Origin: a virus | Lineage: Duplodnaviria; Caudoviricetes | IMG/VR virus record: IMGVR_UViG_3300042507_002079 | Span: 1 to 25,690 of that record | DNA: 25,690 nt | Reading direction: 5' to 3' (one strand) | Shown here: piece after piece, positions 1-8,403 of the stretch | How positions within the stretch are numbered: the stretch's first letter is position 1 | Layout of the letters: the number at the start of each line of letters is the position of its first letter | Program-made: the position numbers and the translations under genes | The notes under the pieces: generated by a model | Told to the model about the DNA's origin: nothing | Databases searched by the model: none | The model's input: only the letters and a program-made list of their open reading frames with translations

Positions 1-1
1 G

Positions 2-205
2 CCCGCGATGCGCCACGACAAAACCAAAGTGGAAGACGTAGACACCGACGACGAAGACCATGCAGTAGACGCACTCCGATATCTGCTAGCCTGCCGTCCG
101 TACAATGAAATCACCCGCAAACATAAACACGCCACATATGATGCTGAGGGTAGAGTACAAAGGTTCATGGAGAAGTTGGACAAAACAAAAAAGCGGAGAT
201 GGTAA
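2..205 (+). CDS. terL: Terminase large subunit, C-terminal end (5' truncated by window)
   Basis: EDVDTDDEDHAVDALRY matches the DH-x2-DALRY motif ending terminase RNase H-like nuclease domains; frame open from the window edge; lies upstream of the portal. Confidence 0.85.
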   Translation, partial: PAMRHDKTKVEDVDTDDEDHAVDALRYLLACRPYNEITRKHKHATYDAEGRVQRFMEKLDKTKKRRW

Positions 206-702
206 TGAGAATCGTTGACAACTACAATTATCTGCCAGGTTGCTGTTGGATCTGTCGAGGGGTCGCCAAGCCGATCATTGACATGGAACTAGACCTAGAC
301 GGACACAACAGTCCCGACGACGCAAACCCGTCAGCAAACACCCGTCTCTACATCTGTGCCGACTGTGCGCTTGAACTAGCTCGCATGGTTGCACCAGCCC
401 GTGCAATAGAAATGCACCGTTACGGAGAATTCGCAGCAATGTCAGCAGTCGCCAAAGAAATGGGTGACCGGGCAGAAATAGCAGAAGAACGCCTAGCCTT
501 AATCGCAGGAGCAATTGTGGGTGTAGACTCACAACCTGTAGAGCAGGCAGGCCCTACAAGTCAACTCGACGAGGATGATCCGCCGTTAGGCTCCGCACGG
601 CCCGATGTAGCAGGTTCACCCCTTACCAGCAAGCGAGGTCGTCCTCGTCGGGAAGACACCCCCAAACCCGAAATAGATACTGATTTCGTTGGTGATCTGT
701 GA
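199..702 (+). CDS. Hypothetical protein with Cys4 zinc finger (CWIC...CADC) and C-terminal AT-hook-like KRGRPRR
   Basis: 167-aa ORF, GGAG upstream, overlaps terL stop; motifs read from translation. Confidence 0.75.
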   Translation: MVMRIVDNYNYLPGCCWICRGVAKPIIDMELDLDGHNSPDDANPSANTRLYICADCALELARMVAPARAIEMHRYGEFAAMSAVAKEMGDRAEIAEERLALIAGAIVGVDSQPVEQAGPTSQLDEDDPPLGSARPDVAGSPLTSKRGRPRREDTPKPEIDTDFVGDL

Positions 703-908
703 TATTCGCAGCGTTCAGCCTCGTCGCCCTACTGGGAATTGTCCTGTTGTTACTACGCGAGAACCGTAGATTGACTAATCTATTGTTGGCAAAGAATCCA
801 TCAGCAGCTATCGCCGCCGAAAAATTCTCTAAGTCAACAAAGAAAGAACAAGTCGATCCTCGGTCACGAACAGCGTGGCAGTCACCAACTGAAGGCGTAG
901 GGCCATGA
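699..908 (+). CDS. Small single-TM membrane protein
   Basis: GTG start overlapping previous stop (GTGA); hydrophobic N-terminus FAAFSLVALLGIVLLLL followed by basic residues; stop overlaps portal ATG. Confidence 0.7.
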   Translation: MIFAAFSLVALLGIVLLLLRENRRLTNLLLAKNPSAAIAAEKFSKSTKKEQVDPRSRTAWQSPTEGVGP

Positions 909-2851
909 AACCTTGGGAACCACCCAAACCAACAGATGTCATTGACCTATGGAACAAGGCTGACCGCTATCTCCTAAAAGAACGACGCGACTACTGGATG
1001 AACGCGTCCTACAACAGCGGTCAACAATGGATTTGGTGGGATCAGACCCGCAACATTGTGCAAGAACTGGACTATGCCAACGACAACGAACGGTACACGC
1101 GTATCACCGTTGATAAGTTTGGGCCTCGTACAACAAACCTTTTATCTCGTATGACGCGCTCCCCACTTGTATGGGAGATCGAGCCATCAGGAACAGACGA
1201 CGCGTCAGCTCGTCGCCAACGTCTACAAGAACAACTTCTCCTATCGGAAGCCACAGAACAAGACTGGGCTGACATCCGTGAAGAACACCTTCTCCAAGTC
1301 CTATACGGTGGATCGGCAGCCGTATCTATTGAATGGGATCCTCAACTAGGCAAGATCGTTGCCACCGACCCCGTTACCGCCATCCCGATCCCCGCTGGTG
1401 GTGTACGCCTCACACCCCTCGGTATCAGCGAATTCTGTCTAGAACCAGGTTCACAGTCAGTTGATGACGCTCGCTACTGGATCAAATGTGTCGCTCTACC
1501 CCCTGAGCAGGTTAAAGAACGCTACGACCTTGACTTTGATCCCGTACCTGACGCTGAAGCATCATTGTCATCGCGCCACCGCACATTGCTGTCGCGTCGA
1601 CCACAAGGTCAACCACCCCGCTTAACCCTTGTCTACTGCTACTACGAACGCCCAACCAACCGTACCCCTGGTTGCGTCGTACACGTCGTAAACAACAAGC
1701 AGGTATACGCCTACGGCGACGGTCAAGGCTGGCCATTCCCATTCCAACGCCTCAACATCGCTATCGGTATCCAGCGCAAAATCCCTCGTACATGGGTCGG
1801 AAACACACTTCTTACCCCGGCACGAGACATCCAGTACGCCTACAACCGTGCGCGCTCAACCATCCTTGAACATATGCGTAAAGCAGCTAACGCTCGACTG
1901 ATGGTTCCCGCAGGATCAATTGAAGACTCCGACACCATTACGACCGACCCAGCCGACGTTCTTGAATACAACGCCGAACTGGGCGAACCGCATTGGCAGT
2001 CAGCACCCGAAGTCCCCCGCTGGATCAGTAACGAGGCTGCACAACTAGAAGCAGAGATGGACGACATCTTCTCCACCCACGCTGTTTCTCGCGGTCAAGC
2101 ACCTGGCGACCGCAACTCAGGACTTGCCCTATCAGTATTGGCTGAAAAGGACGACGGCCCACTAGCACCAATGGCACGAAACCAGTCTGCTGTTTGGGCG
2201 CGTATCGGTCAAATGACGTTGCAGTTGTACCGTGCCTACGCCCAGCAATCAGGCATGGTGCGATCACAAACGATCACTACCCAGCAAGGATCGACCGTCC
2301 AGTTTGAATGGACAGCCGAAGACATTGACGAAACCCCACAAGTCAAAGTCCCGCTAGACGCGACCGCACCACGATCCAAGATTGCAACCCAATCCGTCAT
2401 CACATCGCTGGCACAAACCTTCCCAGCAGCATTCCAAAACATTGACGGCCCAAGCCTGTCAAGACTGCTCGACCTTCCCGACCCCAAAGGTTTCATGGCA
2501 TCAGCAGATCCCGATGTTGCCAAAGCCGAATGGGAAAACGGACTACTCATGCAGGCCACCCCTGTTATGCCAGCCGACTTTGACGACCACGCCAAACATA
2601 TTGCCCAACACAACCGTGAGCGCAAATCCCCTGCATACGAGCTTGCAACACCCGATGTTCGACAAGCAATTGACGTTCACGTTCAAGCGCACCAAAAGCT
2701 GGCCGCTGACGAAGCAGCCGCACAACTCGCAGCACAGCAACAGATGCCGGGATCAGAAATGCTCCCGCAAGCCAATGAAGCACCTGGATCATTGGTTCCA
2801 CAAATACAAAACGGACAGCCAGGACAACCACAGGAGATGCCACCACAATGA
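905..2851 (+). CDS. Portal protein (podovirus/P22-like)
   Basis: 648 aa, between terminase and scaffold/capsid; portal-like segments (YNSGQQW, ARDIQYAYNRARS, SRGQAPGDRNSGLALSVLAE, DDHAKHIAQH) and Gln/Pro-rich tail. Confidence 0.88.
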   Translation: MKPWEPPKPTDVIDLWNKADRYLLKERRDYWMNASYNSGQQWIWWDQTRNIVQELDYANDNERYTRITVDKFGPRTTNLLSRMTRSPLVWEIEPSGTDDASARRQRLQEQLLLSEATEQDWADIREEHLLQVLYGGSAAVSIEWDPQLGKIVATDPVTAIPIPAGGVRLTPLGISEFCLEPGSQSVDDARYWIKCVALPPEQVKERYDLDFDPVPDAEASLSSRHRTLLSRRPQGQPPRLTLVYCYYERPTNRTPGCVVHVVNNKQVYAYGDGQGWPFPFQRLNIAIGIQRKIPRTWVGNTLLTPARDIQYAYNRARSTILEHMRKAANARLMVPAGSIEDSDTITTDPADVLEYNAELGEPHWQSAPEVPRWISNEAAQLEAEMDDIFSTHAVSRGQAPGDRNSGLALSVLAEKDDGPLAPMARNQSAVWARIGQMTLQLYRAYAQQSGMVRSQTITTQQGSTVQFEWTAEDIDETPQVKVPLDATAPRSKIATQSVITSLAQTFPAAFQNIDGPSLSRLLDLPDPKGFMASADPDVAKAEWENGLLMQATPVMPADFDDHAKHIAQHNRERKSPAYELATPDVRQAIDVHVQAHQKLAADEAAAQLAAQQQMPGSEMLPQANEAPGSLVPQIQNGQPGQPQEMPPQ

Positions 2852-3576
2852 CCGACTTTAACCCCGAAGGTGTAGTGGATACTGCGCCATTAGAAGGTTC
2901 AGAAGCCAGTTCCACCGATGTCAATTGGGAAGACAAATACCGATCAGAAGTAGCCGACCGTGTCAAAGAACGCGAACGCTACAAGCCGATTGCACAAACA
3001 TTCGCCAAAATGCATCCCGACGATGCCCGTGCAGTACAAGAGTTTGCTAACGCTTTCGCGTCAGGAGACACCGACACCGCAGTCCGATGGATGGTTGACA
3101 ACGCCAAGACCCTCGCCGGGGAACGCTTTGACAATTTCATCAGCCCCCAAGCACAAGCCGCCATTGGTCAGCAAGCAGTTCAAGACGGCCAGTCGGCAGG
3201 TCTGACCCCCGGTCAGGTTGAACAACTCGTCGAGCAACGGATGAACCAGTTCGCCCAAGCTCAGGTACAAACACAGTACGAACGACAAATTGAGGAGACG
3301 CTCGCACAACATGGACTTCAACCCGATACGCCGTTGGCGACAGCAGCAATCGTCGCAGCATCCCGCCGATCCGACCTTGATCTTTCCCTGGCAATACGCG
3401 AAATGGAAGATCAAGTTCTCGCTCAGGCAACGCAGATCGCAGCGAAGCGTTCAGAGGCAGGTAGCCAAATGGCGACACCCATCGTCAATGGGCAAGCCTC
3501 AACCACCTTCGCAGGACAGAACATGAGTCCTCGCGAACGGGCTATGGCTCGACTGCAACAGCACGGTCTTAGCTAG
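2848..3576 (+). CDS. Capsid scaffolding protein
   Basis: 242 aa, acidic N-terminus, helical Ala/Gln-rich body, basic C-terminal helix (SPRERAMARL); between portal and capsid; AGGAG RBS. Confidence 0.75.
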   Translation: MTDFNPEGVVDTAPLEGSEASSTDVNWEDKYRSEVADRVKERERYKPIAQTFAKMHPDDARAVQEFANAFASGDTDTAVRWMVDNAKTLAGERFDNFISPQAQAAIGQQAVQDGQSAGLTPGQVEQLVEQRMNQFAQAQVQTQYERQIEETLAQHGLQPDTPLATAAIVAASRRSDLDLSLAIREMEDQVLAQATQIAAKRSEAGSQMATPIVNGQASTTFAGQNMSPRERAMARLQQHGLS

Positions 3577-3580
3577 CCAT

Positions 3581-3611
3581 TTGACAAACAGGTGTTGTAG
3601 TGGTGTAGCAT
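3581..3611 (+). promoter_or_regulatory. Putative promoter for capsid operon
   Basis: TTGACA 3581-3586 and TAGCAT 3606-3611 (19-nt spacer, longer than optimal); the pre -10 sequence GTAGTGGTGTA is identical to that of the 11300-11327 promoter. Confidence 0.5.
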
Positions 3612-3621
3612 TTCGTCTGTA

Positions 3622-3723
3622 CCTCGGATGAGGCGCACCACATACAACCACTTAACATCGGAAGATGCAAGGCAACGCTGGATGGCGTGAACCATTGACA
3701 AGGTTGTGAACCCCCACATTCAC
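3622..3723 (+). promoter_or_regulatory. Structured 5' leader of major capsid gene with three GGA(U/A)-loop hairpins
   Basis: CCTC-GGAT-GAGG (3622-3633), CATC-GGAA-GATG (3656-3667), ACGCT-GGAT-GGCGT (3676-3689 approx.); ACAACC 3644-3649 can pair with GGTTGT 3702-3707 to enclose the last two. Confidence 0.65.
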
Positions 3724-3747
3724 CCACCCTCTTAAAGGAACCCCATC

Positions 3748-5016
3748 ATGCCCGCAACACTCTCAACAGTCGATGCCATTCTCAAGGACGACTACAAGGA
3801 ATATCTCGACAACCTCAACAATGCGAACTTCATTCTTTCGCAAGTTGAAACCCGCAAAGACACCGTCCAGGGTCGTATTGCCCGCCACGCCGTCCACCTC
3901 GGACGCTCAAGTGGTGTAGGCGCACGAGCCGAAAACGGAACCTTGCCAACTGCAGGAAACCAGGCTTTCGCAACAGTCCCGGTTCCCGTACGTTACGTTT
4001 ACGGACGCATCCAACTTTCAGGCCCAACCATCAAGCAGGCTGTCACCGACCGTGGCGCATTCATTGATGCTTTGGATGCTGAAATGGAAGGCATCAAGAA
4101 CGACGCAATGAAGGATGTCAACCGTCAGTTGTGGGGTACGTCAAACGGCGTTATCGCACAATGTGGTACGACTTCGTCAGCAACGACCGTTGTTCTCGCC
4201 TCAACCACAGGTTCGACCGCTCTCCGTCAGTTGTTCTTTGATGGTGGCATGGTTGTTGACATCGGAACCGTCGCATCCCCGACGACCGTCGCATCAGCTC
4301 GTACCATCACCTCGGTCGACGAAACCAACAAGACCATCGCCATCTCAGGTGCAGCAGTCACGACCACCTCGTCACACTTCGTTTTCCGTAGTGGTGCAGG
4401 TGGAGCGTCCAGCAACACAGGTCAGCCTGGCGACGGACAGGTCGAATTGACTGGTCTTCAGACCATCGTTGACGACACCGCAGTCCTTCACACAATCAAC
4501 CCTTCGTCACAGCCGAAGTGGAAGTCCTATGTGAACAGCAACTCAGGAACCAACCGTTCCATCACCGAAACCCTCATTACTGGCTCCATCATGAAGACCC
4601 TCACCAACTCAGGTAAGAAGCCTTCGTTGTTGGTTTCGGCTGAAGGTGTCAACTTGGCAATCAGCAACTTGTTGCTCTCATTGAAGCGCAACATGGAGCA
4701 GACCCAGCTCAAGGGTGGCTACGCAGGCATCCAGTTCTACAGCCCGTCTGTCAGCGGTAAGGGTGACGAGTCACCGACTGCCTTGTACGCAGACTTCGAC
4801 TGCCCGAACAACCGCCTGTACGGCATCAACCCCGACGTGTTGGTTTACCACCAGGTTGGCGACGGATTCCAGTTCATGGATCTTGACGGTGCAGTTATGA
4901 ACCGTAAGCCCGACGTGGATGCCTACGAAGCAACCTTGTACGCCTACGGCGAACTTGCTTGCAAGCAGCGCAACGCCCACTTCGTCATCAAGGACATCAC
5001 CGAGGTGAGCATCTGA
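3748..5016 (+). CDS. Major capsid protein (HK97 fold inferred)
   Basis: 422 aa after scaffold, strong AAAGGA RBS, biased codon usage; AILKDDY N-terminus, GRIQLSGPTI...AFIDALDAEMEG and YGELACKQRNAH C-terminus typical of podovirus-type capsids. Confidence 0.9.
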   Translation: MPATLSTVDAILKDDYKEYLDNLNNANFILSQVETRKDTVQGRIARHAVHLGRSSGVGARAENGTLPTAGNQAFATVPVPVRYVYGRIQLSGPTIKQAVTDRGAFIDALDAEMEGIKNDAMKDVNRQLWGTSNGVIAQCGTTSSATTVVLASTTGSTALRQLFFDGGMVVDIGTVASPTTVASARTITSVDETNKTIAISGAAVTTTSSHFVFRSGAGGASSNTGQPGDGQVELTGLQTIVDDTAVLHTINPSSQPKWKSYVNSNSGTNRSITETLITGSIMKTLTNSGKKPSLLVSAEGVNLAISNLLLSLKRNMEQTQLKGGYAGIQFYSPSVSGKGDESPTALYADFDCPNNRLYGINPDVLVYHQVGDGFQFMDLDGAVMNRKPDVDAYEATLYAYGELACKQRNAHFVIKDITEVSI

Positions 5017-5336
5017 TGGCAACTTCAGTCAGTATTACAACTGGCCCTGAAGTTCCGGGAAGCCGTAAGGAAGTCACTGGTGTTATCACTTTTGACTCGT
5101 CTTATGTAACTGGTGGCGAGGCTGTCACTTTGGCGCAGTTGGGTCTTTCACGACTTGACTACCTCATCGTGACCGCTGTCAACGGAAACATCCCTGCGTG
5201 GGACGGATCAACCTCGTCGCCTAAGATCAAGTTGTTTTGGGTGGACACCACCACAGACGGCGCACCGATGGCTGAAGTTGTGAGTACGACAGACGTTTCT
5301 TCAACGACTGCTCGCTTCTTGGCAATCGGCGCATAA
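5016..5336 (+). CDS. Small virion protein, probable head decoration/cement protein
   Basis: ATG overlaps capsid TGA (TGATG), GAGGTG RBS; 106 aa, beta-rich (ITFDSSYVTGGE); co-terminated with capsid. Confidence 0.7.
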   Translation: MATSVSITTGPEVPGSRKEVTGVITFDSSYVTGGEAVTLAQLGLSRLDYLIVTAVNGNIPAWDGSTSSPKIKLFWVDTTTDGAPMAEVVSTTDVSSTTARFLAIGA

Positions 5337-5360
5337 ACCAAATCCCCTAACAAACGAACG

Positions 5361-5392
5361 AGCCAGCCACTTTCGACGGTGGCTGGCTTTTT
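5361..5392 (+). terminator. Rho-independent terminator after capsid operon
   Basis: Perfect 10-bp stem AGCCAGCCAC/GTGGCTGGCT (5361-5370/5379-5388) followed by T-run. Confidence 0.9.
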
Positions 5393-5402
5393 CGTCTATA
5401 AT
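5373..5402 (+). promoter_or_regulatory. Putative promoter overlapping the terminator
   Basis: Perfect TATAAT at 5397-5402; TCGACG at 5373-5378 in the terminator loop (18-nt spacer). Confidence 0.5.
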
Positions 5403-5428
5403 TTCAGCATCACCACGAAAGGTTCATC

Positions 5429-5728
5429 ATGGCTACCTACTCAGCTTCTTCCGCCAAAACGATCACACTTGTTGCCAACACGGTAGACACAGTCACTTTG
5501 ACCGGGAGTGGCAACAATTTGCACGTTTGGCAAACATCGACCACGCCTATCTATTTCACGACTGCTCAACCAGGTCAGACCCCGGCAACACCGACAGTTG
5601 CAGGTGACAACACCATCGGCATTTTTAACAACAACAACTCAACCGATTTCCCCTGGTCGGGCAACGGCATCGTTATCAAAGTTATTTCCGCTGGTACAGG
5701 TACAGTCAACTTCGCCTTACATGGTTGA
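5429..5728 (+). CDS. Small beta-rich virion protein (hypothetical)
   Basis: 99 aa, Thr/Gly-rich beta-strand pattern, GAAAGG RBS, in head module. Confidence 0.75.
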   Translation: MATYSASSAKTITLVANTVDTVTLTGSGNNLHVWQTSTTPIYFTTAQPGQTPATPTVAGDNTIGIFNNNNSTDFPWSGNGIVIKVISAGTGTVNFALHG

Positions 5729-5749
5729 TTATTTGTATATAGTGTTGCC

Positions 5750-6205
5750 ATGATTCGCGCAGCAAACCTCATGGGAGAAGTAGAAGGCGGTAGCCAAATG
5801 GCTGAAGTCGCCTTTGACGTATATGACATTGCGACCCGCATCCAAAAGGGTGACGAGTCGGGCTGGCGAGGTGATCCCAGCGCATCACTCATGTTCAACC
5901 CAATTATCGGTCGATTTGAAGTGTGGATGGTTGATGCCACCGGGACACCGTATGTCGCCTGCTCACACCACCGAGCTGACCACACTCTGATTGTGAAACT
6001 GATTGAGGGTGACTGGCAAAAAGGTAAAGCACTCCACGAAGACCTGCTCAAAAAGAACAAAGCGATCCTTGCTGCTCACGAAACAGAGGAGAAGGAAAAG
6101 CGACTAGAATTAGCAGACAAGTTGCATTGGGCATTGATTAAGGATGTCGGCCACTTGGGTGGATCTAACAAGCGCAGTATCAGCATGAACGAGAAAGGCA
6201 AGTAA
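5750..6205 (+). CDS. Hypothetical protein (probably leaderless)
   Basis: 151-aa ORF; TATAGT at 5738-5743, 6 nt before ATG; no SD. Confidence 0.8.
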   Translation: MIRAANLMGEVEGGSQMAEVAFDVYDIATRIQKGDESGWRGDPSASLMFNPIIGRFEVWMVDATGTPYVACSHHRADHTLIVKLIEGDWQKGKALHEDLLKKNKAILAAHETEEKEKRLELADKLHWALIKDVGHLGGSNKRSISMNEKGK

Positions 6206-6207
6206 AT

Positions 6208-6855
6208 ATGAACCTACTTGACCTTCGTAACGCTGTCAAAGATCGACTGGCAATCCGTTCGGATGGTTCAGGCAACAGCCTTGACGGACTTATCACTAAC
6301 GCCTATGTGAACACTTCTATTGATGACGCGCTTAATCGTGTCAGCATGGAGCGCGACTGGTGGTGGCTTGCCACGACCGCATCACTATCGTTTGATACGA
6401 CCGACGGTGACGCAGCTTTGCCCGCCGATTTCATGCGAGCCAACAAACTGGTTATTAACGGCAACCCAGTCGAACCACTACCGTTGGACACATTCCTAGA
6501 CCCCAACGCCGATATGAACGCTTACGGCTGGCTGGTTTACGGCAACGCTGTCAAGATCACGCCGATCCCAACCACGACTACTACCGGGACGTTGTACTAC
6601 TTCCGTAGCGAACCAGCCCTTTCGACACAAGCGTCTCCCGATACTAAGTCACCGTTGATGCCCGTTGTCTACCACAAGTGCATTGTCGCCTACGCTAGCC
6701 ACCTTTGTGCGGCCCGCCGCCAAGACGAACAACGCGCATCGTTGTATCTCCAAGAGTACGGCAACTTCTTGAAGTCAATGAGCGACGACAACCGTGCCAC
6801 GATCCAGCGACGAATCAAGTTCTCACGGACGATGTCAGACGCAGCCTGGAGCTAA
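6208..6855 (+). CDS. Head-to-tail adaptor (tail tubular protein A-like)
   Basis: 215 aa; MNLLDLRNAVKDRL N-terminal helix, W-x-W, LPADF, PIP, PLMP...YH...IV pattern typical of podovirus adaptors; position before nozzle. Confidence 0.75.
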   Translation: MNLLDLRNAVKDRLAIRSDGSGNSLDGLITNAYVNTSIDDALNRVSMERDWWWLATTASLSFDTTDGDAALPADFMRANKLVINGNPVEPLPLDTFLDPNADMNAYGWLVYGNAVKITPIPTTTTTGTLYYFRSEPALSTQASPDTKSPLMPVVYHKCIVAYASHLCAARRQDEQRASLYLQEYGNFLKSMSDDNRATIQRRIKFSRTMSDAAWS

Positions 6856-6858
6856 GTC

Positions 6859-8403
6859 ATGGGATCATTCCAAATTACTTATGACGACTTTTCGGGTGGT
6901 CAGTACATGGGGAACAAATCCACCAACCTGCCCAAAAACACTTGGCACGGCGAAAACGTAATACCGACACCTGCTGGGCAATTAGTTGCTTCAGGAAATT
7001 CAAAAGCAGCTGACTGGAGTGTAACAGGAACACCTGATAGTGGAAAAATTCTTGACCATTGGGTTATTGGTGGTGACGCATATATATTTATCAACACAAT
7101 TAAAACTGGGACTAGCACATCTCGATTCTTGAAATTTGCAGGCGTAAACAACGGCAGCACATTCCCGATTACGCCAACAACTGCGACTTTGACGGGTGTT
7201 CTTGACGGTAATGTCGCCTACTATCCAGCAACATCATTGTTTTATTACATCAGCACAGCAGGGAACATTTATTCAGTAACAACTGCTGGAAGCGTTTCGG
7301 CTGCAATATCAACTGCTTTAGCGGGTCTTGGATTAACCAATATTACGTCGTATGGCTACCGCCTATTGGCTTGGGGCGGCACAAACGCCACAGCCAAAAA
7401 GCGTCTCTATTATTCCGACACCACGTTAGCTACATGGTCAACGGCAGATTACTACGAATTCAACGGAACAATCCTTAACGTGTTGCCTCGAACAAACGAT
7501 TTGCTAGTTATCTGCGACACCGGGGTCTTCAGCCTCGTGGGCGTACTAGGCGCATCAATCACAAACCAATTGATCGTGCCTCAAGAAAACATTATGGAAG
7601 GCATGAAAGACGCAACCGTTGTAGGTCGCAATGTGTATTTCTTAGATCAACTTGCTAACGGATCAATGGACGGTCGCCTGTACCGCATGGTCGGTTCGTC
7701 CGTACAGCCTGTAGAAACTCTTGCGTTGTCAGACGTTCTTGCCCAAACTGGCCTTGAACAAGCTCGTGTTATGGCTATTAACGACGGGCGACTTGTAATT
7801 ATGATGCGTACAGGTATTTGTTACGCAGAAACTTCCAAAGGTCAATGGTCGCGTCTAACCGCAACTACAGCCACACTTGACGCAGCGGCCTCTAAACAAC
7901 AACAAATTGGTCGAGCAGGCCCAAATTCACTCAACGAATTTTTTATGGCTGCCTCATTTGAGCCTATAAAAAAATCAATTGTATTAAATCGTTATATACA
8001 TAACGAAATTTATCCAGCACCAACTCTTGGAGATATAACTATTTCAGGCGGCGGTAGCGGAACACTTCCAACCGCGACCGTAACCCTTCCCGAATATTGG
8101 CATTCCAAACCTTTTTCGGTCAAAGAAGTGTTTATTGAATACAGCGTGACAACAGAATTTGGTGTTTCAACTGTAGTTGAAGCACAAATTGTGTCAACAG
8201 GCAACGTAGATGTTTTGTCTCAAGATATTAGTCTCATACCGTCAAGCCTTATTCCAAACATAAATCAACTGTCTGCCTCTTATGGCACATACGTTATGGA
8301 ACGATTCCGACCCAACAACGCCGCTAAGGGTTTTGGTGCAAAAACAATAATTACATTTAGTGCTGCCACTATCAAACGTGTAATTTTGAACTGTGAAGAC
8401 TGA
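6859..8403 (+). CDS. Tail nozzle / stabilisation protein (tubular protein B / P22 gp10-like)
   Basis: 514 aa, begins DDFSGG..., beta-propeller-like pattern (RLLAWG, RLYYSD, LLVICDTGVFSLVG, VYFLD); follows adaptor. Confidence 0.7.
   Translation: MGSFQITYDDFSGGQYMGNKSTNLPKNTWHGENVIPTPAGQLVASGNSKAADWSVTGTPDSGKILDHWVIGGDAYIFINTIKTGTSTSRFLKFAGVNNGSTFPITPTTATLTGVLDGNVAYYPATSLFYYISTAGNIYSVTTAGSVSAAISTALAGLGLTNITSYGYRLLAWGGTNATAKKRLYYSDTTLATWSTADYYEFNGTILNVLPRTNDLLVICDTGVFSLVGVLGASITNQLIVPQENIMEGMKDATVVGRNVYFLDQLANGSMDGRLYRMVGSSVQPVETLALSDVLAQTGLEQARVMAINDGRLVIMMRTGICYAETSKGQWSRLTATTATLDAAASKQQQIGRAGPNSLNEFFMAASFEPIKKSIVLNRYIHNEIYPAPTLGDITISGGGSGTLPTATVTLPEYWHSKPFSVKEVFIEYSVTTEFGVSTVVEAQIVSTGNVDVLSQDISLIPSSLIPNINQLSASYGTYVMERFRPNNAAKGFGAKTIITFSAATIKRVILNCED

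Noticed and set aside
3577-3747. tRNA or known riboswitch in the capsid leader
   Set aside because: No cloverleaf, T-loop GTTC or aptamer consensus that I recognise
4990-5020. Programmed frameshift fusing capsid to the downstream protein
   Set aside because: No slippery heptamer seen; the downstream gene has its own GAGGTG RBS and ordinary TGATG coupling
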